Source: Euryarchaeota archaeon UBA88
GTDB lineage: Archaea; Thermoplasmatota; Poseidoniia; Poseidoniales; Poseidoniaceae
Assembly (NCBI GenBank): GCA_002499545.1
Contig: DAME01000028.1
Location: 5,684 to 69,683, forward strand
DNA: 64,000 bases
Direction: 5' to 3'
Under the pieces are notes generated by a model. The model did not search any database and was not told the DNA's origin. It saw only the letters and a list, made by a program, of their open reading frames with translations. Both the position numbers and the translations under genes were made by a program. Below are positions 18,301 through 25,344 of this stretch, in pieces (position 1 is the first letter of the stretch; the number at the start of each line of letters is the position of its first letter).

Positions 18301-20335
18301 CGATATCTTTGATGTCATTTTGGACCATTCAGATTTGTTGGTCGCCTACCCTGACGACACGTCTCGACAGAATGCAGAATCATGGTGTGCGTTACTGTCC
18401 AGTATCGGGGACGAATTAGGCCATGAAGCATCGGCTCTGTATCATCGAATCAAAGACCTCGACGGGCTGGGAACAAAGGGCCCATCTGCCATCACCACGC
18501 CTCCGGGTGGCGCAGTTCAAATCATGACCATCCACGGTGCTAAAGGCTTGCAGGCTCCAGTGGTAGTCGTTGCAGGTATGTTCCACGCAGGTAAATCCGA
18601 CGCTTCGCTCGCTGCTAAAAATAACGTGCTTGTAACCCCCCAAGTCGTCGCAGGCAGAATCAACCCGTGGACCTCTCGGGACCGCCCCGATGATGGCCTC
18701 TGGGAGTTTGCCAAAAGAATGGACCATGCACAACGACAAGCCGAACGTCGTCGTGAATTCTATGTTGCCTTGACGCGAGTAAAGGACCGTCTCATCGTCG
18801 TTGGCTCCCCAAGCCGCACTGCAGAAATCGACGTACAGACACATCGGTTGACGTTCAAGAGTAAACCCTCACTCAAGACGATGGGAGGCATGTGGCTTGA
18901 TGGTTTGCGAAGTCTTTCACATCAACATTCAGTGCACAACTCGCCGTGGTTATTGCAAGGCGATGTTACTGGTGGCGAACTTGCGGCGTACACTGAAACA
19001 GTTCTCTCTCTGGATCCTTTCTCACTGGCCAGTGATTCTCAGTTGGGTATCGAATCATTGGACGGCATTCACATCTATCACTCACCACAATGTTTCCCCA
19101 GCGTACAAACTCAGACCCCGCTTCAAGACTGGCACATTGTTGAACAGCGGATGAATGCTCTGACAGTCACTGAACCGGACGAGATTCCTCCACCTCCATT
19201 GGTGAATCAGATTATGCGGATGCCTGCTCATAGTTTAGATTCCAGCCACAGTTGCCCACGAGCACACTGGCTCACTGAAGTACGTGGATGGAATCCAGAA
19301 CCTCTGTATTTCTTCTCTCCTTCTGCGAAGAGAGCCGATAAGGAAGCATCGAACTATCCAGAAGCGACTACGTTTGGAACTCTCATGCATCGTTTGATTG
19401 AGATTGGTCTGGAAAATCCAGCATCGAAGAACGGCCCTCCGACTTCCCCCCTTCCGTCTGCGTGGGTCTACGATGGAAAAGACCTGCTCGACGACCCTGA
19501 AGCAATTCGCAGGGTCATGGCCGAGGAAGGAATTGGTGTCGATGGCTCCGACGATGAGTTGGCTCAAGCCACACACAATCGCTTGGCTGAAATCGGGAGC
19601 CTCGTGCGAAACGGCCTGCTTGGAACTTATGCTAAAGGAGAGCATATTCACGGTTTTTCTGTTGAAGGATTGAGGACAGAATTACCCTTTTATTACGTGA
19701 ATCAGGTTCGATTCACAGACCTTCATAGATCCGGTTTTTCAGTTGATGGACCGCGACCTCTTGCCAGAGTTGACCATGTGGACATTGTCTTTGACGGAAG
19801 AGCGGATCTCGTACTTGCACTTCGAGATACAAATGGCCGAGGATATCTGCAAGTCGTTGATTTGAAAACCAAGGGATGCAGGGATGAATTCAATTTCAAT
19901 GACCCGCAAAAAGGCAGCCGACTGCAGCGCTTCAATGGAGAACTCCTCAACCCGTATCCTTCCACTCCTGCGGAGCGTTCGATTTTGAAGCAGCACACCT
20001 TGCAACTTACCCTGTATTCGTTGGCACTTGAATCCATGGAGCAGCAGAAACCCGAGTCGGAGCGTCGTACGATTCTCCCGCCCTCTCTGTTGATGGGCGC
20101 TTCTGGAAGAATGCTTCAGATGACAGAAACCGAATATGGTGCCTCGAAAGCGACATTTTCCCAACATCTTGAATGGATGGCTCAGCTTTCCGCGACTCCA
20201 GGCACGATTCCAGAACCGCCAGCGGTATCGAGTGATAACGCCCACATTTGCTCCACCTGCCCCTATTCACGAGGCGATATACGACTGTGTGTGTCGGATG
20301 ATGAAACGCTTGGTCCTCGACCAACAGATGACTGA
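15362..20335 (+). CDS. addA: AddA-like UvrD/Rep-family helicase with a C-terminal RecB-type nuclease
   Basis: 1657 aa. The helicase motifs are Walker A DAGAGTGKTT, motif II IIDEYQDTNP, motif V TIHGAKGLQAPVV and motif VI FYVALTRVKDRLIV. The C-terminal nuclease motifs are GRADLVLA, LQVVDLKTKG and LQLTLYSLAL. Flanking cysteines are present (SCPRAHW ... CSTCPYSRGDIRLC). Confidence 0.85.
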   Translation: MIRFNRSQRLGLDLDKHIALDAGAGTGKTTVMAERYVQHLLSHEQRATHLLPTGPREPLTGHGSLRSPPRQRTEQKQWRGLLPSEVVAITFTKKAAAELKARIRMRVGQTRAGPILKGDSDGIFDPRVRSHADVEMLLSSLDEAPISTIDAFLSQLVSPHLDFVAVHPSREQISEERSPLLTQEALQSAWRIRTVSDALEAGVRGNVDGFISARNRLAVLLGGQERAAVVLSGMLGKSLFVEEAHHAMVARAHSNGEQWSGQGPMPHEVLLDMFSEPVQDIAVEYCRTLQNLLLQWTDHFLAYSADYIVPCESEIGTSMTRFNHLTHLARQPLPEEPAECIQWVWQIALASASWSQLNSNDRPTFFTKGGLPQANHCNGWHPGLYGKSHAKTLSKAVRDSLHAQAANLAENLRSHMNSRQGTLMRMLGKSAFLLAPISNLPHMPEDCPLRSQPVGLESSDIAPDGRLRISCELQTRVLNDLLLVHRGCQDILALMKAHEGVHDYDDIQRLAADLLLARCPDIVRHTYPIEVVRVLDELGNEPWHDHHIARAMRLAGEDHACYEDLNRRFAVLQTIRRQYRAFIIDEYQDTNPAHFRLLARLWGHRKLAPDDPARPLGPWDPTVCIVGDMKQSIYRFRQAEVTVMRRTVAAIKLANEIESNEQRLSHLRLDDHGRDPRPVGAGGEIGSFIVGTDVHSSSIPSQPWEHVELVFEDDEDVVRTIDDERKNRRSLGHIDLTSNHRTLPNLMDAMNGMFQDVFDPRHYLLPGDWHAEHQRLRAARTSTEAGVLEWLLPLQIDAETPSLDLNEYFDTFSAPEASKTHLENELIAARLQALLFQQPTRMWNASQQNFTEVPAQEKPVRAEDILILVHSRKHIPDLISRLQSRGVPVMADRQGALLSQPVVSPLISCLELIAYPQSRHAALTFARSPILGFNDAQSHALMTQEMDGTWWQKIQHCAPNDSIRRLAEHLEYLVQCGAVHDIFDVILDHSDLLVAYPDDTSRQNAESWCALLSSIGDELGHEASALYHRIKDLDGLGTKGPSAITTPPGGAVQIMTIHGAKGLQAPVVVVAGMFHAGKSDASLAAKNNVLVTPQVVAGRINPWTSRDRPDDGLWEFAKRMDHAQRQAERRREFYVALTRVKDRLIVVGSPSRTAEIDVQTHRLTFKSKPSLKTMGGMWLDGLRSLSHQHSVHNSPWLLQGDVTGGELAAYTETVLSLDPFSLASDSQLGIESLDGIHIYHSPQCFPSVQTQTPLQDWHIVEQRMNALTVTEPDEIPPPPLVNQIMRMPAHSLDSSHSCPRAHWLTEVRGWNPEPLYFFSPSAKRADKEASNYPEATTFGTLMHRLIEIGLENPASKNGPPTSPLPSAWVYDGKDLLDDPEAIRRVMAEEGIGVDGSDDELAQATHNRLAEIGSLVRNGLLGTYAKGEHIHGFSVEGLRTELPFYYVNQVRFTDLHRSGFSVDGPRPLARVDHVDIVFDGRADLVLALRDTNGRGYLQVVDLKTKGCRDEFNFNDPQKGSRLQRFNGELLNPYPSTPAERSILKQHTLQLTLYSLALESMEQQKPESERRTILPPSLLMGASGRMLQMTETEYGASKATFSQHLEWMAQLSATPGTIPEPPAVSSDNAHICSTCPYSRGDIRLCVSDDETLGPRPTDD

Positions 20336-20336
20336 T

Positions 20337-20993
20337 TCACTGTTTTCTTCCGACCATCGCCAACGTTCCAACAAACCCTTCCTTAAGCCCTACTCGATGC
20401 ATTTCGACATCGATAAAACCCGCTTCAATCATCGCACGCTTCCATTGTTCAACGCTGAGCGTCGTCATGTGAACATTCAGTGCATCGGGCCAGGAATGAC
20501 TGTCCTCGTTTTCCAAATAGTGGTCGACGCCAGCGACAATAATTCCGCCACTGTTGAGCCACGAATCGTGGAAAATCTTCAACATTGCAGCAGGGTCATG
20601 GAGGTAGTAAAGAAACTCCATGCTGTGAAGAAGGTCGACGGCAGTTTCTGGTTTCCATTCAGGAAGATAACCGTGGAAATACGAGCCTGATGGGTCGGTC
20701 AGTACTGCCTTTTCAATCATGGTTGGCGAACCGTCAACCCCACTGACGTGTTTGCACATTGGGTCGGAGGCTACAGTACGGCAAACCCAACCGTTTCCAC
20801 ACCCTACATCGATGGCAGAGTAGGGTTGTGTACGCGGAATTCCAGCGAATTTGAGCATTTCAAGCACGGATGCTGCATGACCGCGCTCCATTCCCTCATC
20901 TTTCCCTTTCGAGGCCCATTCACTGAACACATCGGTGGCTTTTCTCCTGCTCATGTGTCCCTTCGAGCCGAACCATTCCAAGAAGATGTCCAT
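20337..20993 (-). CDS. Class I SAM-dependent methyltransferase
   Basis: 218 aa. Motif I is AIDVGCGNGW, and the spacing of the post-I and II motifs is characteristic (...VSGVDGSPTMI..., ...DLLHSMEFLYYL...). Confidence 0.75.
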   Translation of the reverse strand: MDIFLEWFGSKGHMSRRKATDVFSEWASKGKDEGMERGHAASVLEMLKFAGIPRTQPYSAIDVGCGNGWVCRTVASDPMCKHVSGVDGSPTMIEKAVLTDPSGSYFHGYLPEWKPETAVDLLHSMEFLYYLHDPAAMLKIFHDSWLNSGGIIVAGVDHYLENEDSHSWPDALNVHMTTLSVEQWKRAMIEAGFIDVEMHRVGLKEGFVGTLAMVGRKQ

Positions 20994-21031
20994 TGCGAAA
21001 GAAACATCGTCAACCTCGTAATGGAGGGTTC

Positions 21032-21994
21032 ATGTTCGATTCAACGACCACGCTCGAAGACGTTCTCTACCCTCCAATCGACCCCTACGAATCAGGTAGG
21101 CTTGAGGTGACTTCTCTCCATACAATCGCTTGGGAGAAATCAGGTAATCCGGACGGAATACCCGTCATCGTCATCCACGGTGGGCCCGGTGGCGGCGGAC
21201 AACCAGCGTACAGGCAATACTTCGACCCCTCTGCATACAACATCATTCAATTTGATCAGCGGGGGTGTGGTGCATCAACCCCCCATGCGGAGCTTCAAGA
21301 TAACACCACGCAAGCACTGGTTGACGACATCGAGACACTCCGTACTGCGTTTGGAATTGAGCGTTGGCACGTTTTTGGCGGTTCATGGGGCTCAACACTT
21401 TCCTTGGTCTATGCTCAAACATATCCCAATCGAGCCATTAGCCTCATTTTGCGAGGGATTTTCATGTGCCGAAAGAGCGAACTCCACTGGTTTTATCAGG
21501 ATGGAGCAAGCCACATTTTCCCGGATGCCTTTGAACCGTACCGTGAACACATACCTATCGATGAGCAATCGGATTTAATCAAAGCATACTACCATCGCCT
21601 TACTTCAAATGACATCGAGGTTCGTCGTGCAGCCGCTCAGCAATGGACGCGTTGGGAAATGGCAACCAGCCGACTGTTTCCGGACCCATCATACCTTGAA
21701 AAAGCCGAAGATTTAGATTTCGCCGTTGCTTTTGCACGAATTGAATGTCACTACTTTACCAACGCAATTTTCCTTGATGAAGCCCACATTCTCAACAATG
21801 TCGAATCGATTCAACACATTCCTGCGGTTATCGTTCAAGGCCGTTACGATGTCGTTTGCCCTACCAGAAGTGCTTGGGAATTGCATAAGGCGCTACCAAA
21901 CAGTCGTCTGACTATTGTCCCCGATTCCGGACATTCGATGGGCGAAGTGAGCATTGCTCGAGAATTGGTTGCCGCAACGAATGCACTTCGTTGA
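21032..21994 (+). CDS. pip: Proline iminopeptidase (alpha/beta hydrolase)
   Basis: The motifs are VIVIHGGPGGG, FDQRGCGAS, the nucleophile elbow GGSWGSTL and C-terminal ...PDSGHS.... I prefer ATG 21032, which is preceded by GGAGGG. The track start at 20993 would abut the divergent methyltransferase start. Confidence 0.85.
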   Translation: MFDSTTTLEDVLYPPIDPYESGRLEVTSLHTIAWEKSGNPDGIPVIVIHGGPGGGGQPAYRQYFDPSAYNIIQFDQRGCGASTPHAELQDNTTQALVDDIETLRTAFGIERWHVFGGSWGSTLSLVYAQTYPNRAISLILRGIFMCRKSELHWFYQDGASHIFPDAFEPYREHIPIDEQSDLIKAYYHRLTSNDIEVRRAAAQQWTRWEMATSRLFPDPSYLEKAEDLDFAVAFARIECHYFTNAIFLDEAHILNNVESIQHIPAVIVQGRYDVVCPTRSAWELHKALPNSRLTIVPDSGHSMGEVSIARELVAATNALR

Positions 21995-22101
21995 CAGGTA
22001 TTCCACTTGGAATGCGGGTCATTTCGGTGTCCTACCAAGCGTCGGCTTGATAGGGTGGAGTGAAGTGGGCGTTCATGGAGGCTTGTCCTCCGGGTGATTG
22101 A

Positions 22102-22866
22102 ATGACCGAAGAAGAAGGTACGATGACGCCAGAGGCTACCATCAAAGATTTACAAGAAAAATTGCAGTCTGCGGAAGACGGTTTGAAGGTCTTGTACAAT
22201 GCATACGATGAACAAGGCAAAGAACTCATGGACGCTCGTGCAGAAAACGAAGTCCTCGAGAAAGAAATCATCGAGCGTGAAATCGAAAAAGAAACGCAAG
22301 AAGCTCTCCTTTCTGAAAAAGAAGTCCGAGTCCGAGAACTTGAACTTCGAGCAGTAAAGGCCGGAAAGAAAGTCGAACATCTCGAACCAGAATTGGAGAA
22401 GATGGAAGAAAAATACTCTCGAGAAAAGGACCGCCTTGGCAAAGTTTTCGGCATTGCTGAAGAACTGGACAACGATCTACGTCACGCCGTTGCCGAAATG
22501 AAGGCACGGGATGACTGGTATGTATCGCACATGCAAATCTTTGAAGACTTGAACAAGGCAATCAAGGAACGCTACGAGATGATCGAGCGAGCCATCGAAT
22601 CAGAGCGCAAGTCCCAACACATGTCCCGGGCTTTCACTGACCGAGTTGATGACATGGTTGACGCTCGCGCAGCTGAAATGACCATCGAAGAAGCTGAAGC
22701 CAAAACCGCTGAATCTGAGACGGCTTCGGTCGATGTTGTCGAAGAACCGGTTGTTGAACCAGCTGAAGAAGCGGCACCTGTGGAAGATGCACCTGTGGAA
22801 GAATCAAAACCTGCTGCTGACGCAAGCGTCACTTGGGATGACGGCGACGTTACCTGGGACGAGTGA
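22102..22866 (+). CDS. Acidic coiled-coil protein, function unknown
   Basis: 254 aa. It has long Glu/Lys-rich heptad-like stretches (...EKEIIEREIEKETQEALLSEKEVRVRELELRAVK...) and an acidic Pro/Val/Glu tail. It ends 10 nt before psd. Confidence 0.6.
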   Translation: MTEEEGTMTPEATIKDLQEKLQSAEDGLKVLYNAYDEQGKELMDARAENEVLEKEIIEREIEKETQEALLSEKEVRVRELELRAVKAGKKVEHLEPELEKMEEKYSREKDRLGKVFGIAEELDNDLRHAVAEMKARDDWYVSHMQIFEDLNKAIKERYEMIERAIESERKSQHMSRAFTDRVDDMVDARAAEMTIEEAEAKTAESETASVDVVEEPVVEPAEEAAPVEDAPVEESKPAADASVTWDDGDVTWDE

Positions 22867-22875
22867 GGCGATACG

Positions 22876-23727
22876 ATGGGTGGATTGGCCCATGGTGGCC
22901 ATGGCCCCGTGATCGTCCCAATTTTAATGGGCGGCAGTGCTCTTATTATTGGTTCAACAATTGATTCCTTGAACGGACTCATTCCTCTTTTTGGAATGCT
23001 TTGTCTGATGTTTTCAGCTTTCTGCGCTAATTTTTGGAGAGACCCTGACCGGCCTATACCGCGTGACAAGGGTGTACTTGTCAGTCCCGCTGATGGCCGA
23101 GTAATGTTTGTCCGACGAGAGCGCGCAACAGCTCGAAGGCCCTCGAACAGTGAACGCGATTCTGGAGAATGTGAGATTGATGAACTCACTGGAGAGTGGT
23201 ATCCGTCTCCTACACCGAATCCGCTTGCCTTTGAGACTGAGCAACGATATGAACCGGTTCGTGAAGGAGAGGAATCCCAGCATGATGTAATTCGTATCGC
23301 AGTGTTCATGTCGCCGTTGGACGTTCATGTGAACCGAGCCCCGATGGCTGGAAGCATCCTGCGAATGGAGCACAGAACCGGTAAGGGCCGCCGTCGAGGA
23401 CCCTTCATTCCAGCATACAAAAAAGAAAGCCAGTTCAATGAACGTGTACGCACGGTGTTTCAAAATCCAGACGGCGTTTTCGTTGAAGTCACGCAAATTT
23501 CTGGTTCACTTGCACGAACCATCGTTCCGTGGCTTGGAATTGATTCTGAGGTTCGAAGAGGTCAACGGTACGGTATGATTCGTTTCGGGTCACGAGTCGA
23601 TGTTCGAGCTCCTGCCGCTTTATTCACTCCAATCGTATCGTCTGCAGAAGACAATAATCCTGACTTTCCAAAGGGTCAGTTTGTTCAAGCGGGTTCGACA
23701 ATTCTGTTCAAATCATCTGAAGATTGA
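22876..23727 (+). CDS. psd: Phosphatidyl-/archaetidylserine decarboxylase proenzyme (archaeal-type, small PSD)
   Basis: The protein has N-terminal TM helices. The motifs are FWRDPDR, SPADGRV, IAVFMSPLDVHVNRAP.G and the self-cleavage site context GMIRFGSRVDV. An acidic insert of about 60 aa separates ADGRV from FMSPLDVH. Confidence 0.8.
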   Translation: MGGLAHGGHGPVIVPILMGGSALIIGSTIDSLNGLIPLFGMLCLMFSAFCANFWRDPDRPIPRDKGVLVSPADGRVMFVRRERATARRPSNSERDSGECEIDELTGEWYPSPTPNPLAFETEQRYEPVREGEESQHDVIRIAVFMSPLDVHVNRAPMAGSILRMEHRTGKGRRRGPFIPAYKKESQFNERVRTVFQNPDGVFVEVTQISGSLARTIVPWLGIDSEVRRGQRYGMIRFGSRVDVRAPAALFTPIVSSAEDNNPDFPKGQFVQAGSTILFKSSED

Positions 23728-24956
23728 GCACCGGATTCATCGGTGCATTGAAACCTCGAAGGCAGGCCACTCACTTTGGGGGAGCATTCTTGACCGGTCC
23801 AAAATCGCTAACACTTGTTGGAGATGGCGCCAAGGGTGCTCGGATTCATGATTTGATCAAAGCACCTGCCAATACCCCATGGGCCCGTGCTCGTCAACAA
23901 TCGTGGGACGCCAATGAACCTGCGACCGTCTACTACACACCTGAAACGCTTGCAGATGGGACTCCATGTAGCGCTGTTACCGTAATTCTACGGACCAAAG
24001 GATGCCATTGGTGGTGGTCGAGCGGCTGCACTTTTTGCGGCTATTTTAACGATACTCGTGATGACGTAACCAACGATGACTTGCATGCGCAGTGGGCGTA
24101 TGCTAAACAGAAGTTCAAGGATTTCAAAGGCCATGCAATGGTCAAGGTGTACACGAGCGGTTCACTCCTCGAGGACCGTGAGATTCCAGTCGAGTTTCAG
24201 GAAACGGTTCTTCGTGATTGTCAAGAACTCGGCAAAGAGTTGATTGTGGAAAGCCGTTGTGAGCAATTGACCGTCGAAAAACTCGCTTGGGCTACCAAAA
24301 TCAATCAAAGTTTTGCAGTTGCAATCGGCTTGGAAGCCTATGATGATGAAGTTCTACGCTTCCACGTCAACAAGGGCTTCACCACCCGCTCATGGGACAG
24401 AGCGGTTGAAAACCTCAAAAAATTCGACATTCGAGTCAAGACTTATTTGATGTTCAAACCCCCGTTCATGAGTGAAGCAGATGCGTTGATTCACGGCGTG
24501 AAATGGATTGAAGACGTTGCTGAAAAAAGTGATGAGATATCGGTCAATCCAATGAACATTCAGCGAGGGACCATCATCGACCGCCTTCACCGAAACAACG
24601 AGTATCGCCCACCATGGCTTTGGTCGCTGGTGGAAATGATTCGTCGAGCACACCCCACAATTCATCCAAACGGTGGAACGAACGGTGATGATGACCAAGT
24701 CTGTCGCCTCATCATCCATCCGACAGCAGGCGGCAGGGTCCGTGGTGCCCACAACTGCGGTTCATGCGATGCAGAAGTTGTCGCATCGATTGAGCGCTAC
24801 GCTGTTTCTGGTGATTTAGAAGAATTCACGGGACTTTCTTGCGCTTGTGAAAAAACATGGGCCGAGGAAATTGCTCTTGAACGAACTCTCCCGGCTCCAC
24901 TCGGCATTTCCAAGAATCGCCGAGGTAATCCACTCAATGCTCTTCGTTCACCGTAG
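23724..24956 (+). CDS. Radical-SAM protein of the TIGR01210/RaSEA-like family (archaeosine-pathway-like)
   Basis: The cysteine cluster is RTKGCHWWWSSGCTFCGY, followed by a TIM-barrel-like core (...KVYTSGS...). A C-terminal Cys pair is present (HNCGSCD). No in-frame ATG lies near the 5' end, so the start is TTG at 23724 (as in the track) or a nearby GTG. Confidence 0.6.
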   Translation: MSTGFIGALKPRRQATHFGGAFLTGPKSLTLVGDGAKGARIHDLIKAPANTPWARARQQSWDANEPATVYYTPETLADGTPCSAVTVILRTKGCHWWWSSGCTFCGYFNDTRDDVTNDDLHAQWAYAKQKFKDFKGHAMVKVYTSGSLLEDREIPVEFQETVLRDCQELGKELIVESRCEQLTVEKLAWATKINQSFAVAIGLEAYDDEVLRFHVNKGFTTRSWDRAVENLKKFDIRVKTYLMFKPPFMSEADALIHGVKWIEDVAEKSDEISVNPMNIQRGTIIDRLHRNNEYRPPWLWSLVEMIRRAHPTIHPNGGTNGDDDQVCRLIIHPTAGGRVRGAHNCGSCDAEVVASIERYAVSGDLEEFTGLSCACEKTWAEEIALERTLPAPLGISKNRRGNPLNALRSP

Positions 24957-25002
24957 AGCATTTTTCAATCGTTCGAATCCTCCCGTGCAGGAGTGAATCT
25001 TT

Positions 25003-25332
25003 ATGACCGCATTGCGAGTGGGCGGAATGACCCCTATGGGGTCAACTGTGGGTGAACACATGTCAAATGCAACAACTCTACCAGATGTAACGGTAGGAAC
25101 GGGCGAGCCGTCTGGCAGCCGTGTCGTCCTAACACTCTTCTCAGTCGGCCTTTTAGGGCTACTTGCGCTGTTCTCAAACGTCTTTGGCTGGGACAACATT
25201 CCGTTGCTCGGAGAAATCGTTCCTCTGATTGGAAATCTCGGTGGTAGCGGCATTTGGTATTACCTCATTGGCATCATTATTGGTGTTGGAGCGATTGTTG
25301 CCTCGTTCATCAGCGAGGTCATTGTCGATTAG
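25003..25332 (+). CDS. Small membrane protein (two TM helices)
   Basis: The hydrophobic segments are VVLTLFSVGLLGLLALF and IWYYLIGIIIGVGAIVASF. An alternative start is ATG 25060. It ends 12 nt upstream of the next membrane-protein gene. Confidence 0.45.
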   Translation: MTALRVGGMTPMGSTVGEHMSNATTLPDVTVGTGEPSGSRVVLTLFSVGLLGLLALFSNVFGWDNIPLLGEIVPLIGNLGGSGIWYYLIGIIIGVGAIVASFISEVIVD

Positions 25333-25344
25333 GAGGTGTGATGT

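Noticed and set aside
22032-22472. 146-aa Ser/Phe-rich ORF on the minus strand
   Set aside because: It is the antisense image of the Glu/Lys-rich coiled-coil gene (GAA/AAG codons read as TTC/CTT). The Ser/Phe-rich composition is an artefact of that.
22572-23309. 245-aa ORF on the minus strand spanning the coiled-coil gene / psd junction
   Set aside because: It overlaps two plus-strand genes, one of which (psd) has clear catalytic motifs. The translation is Ser/Thr/Ala low-complexity.
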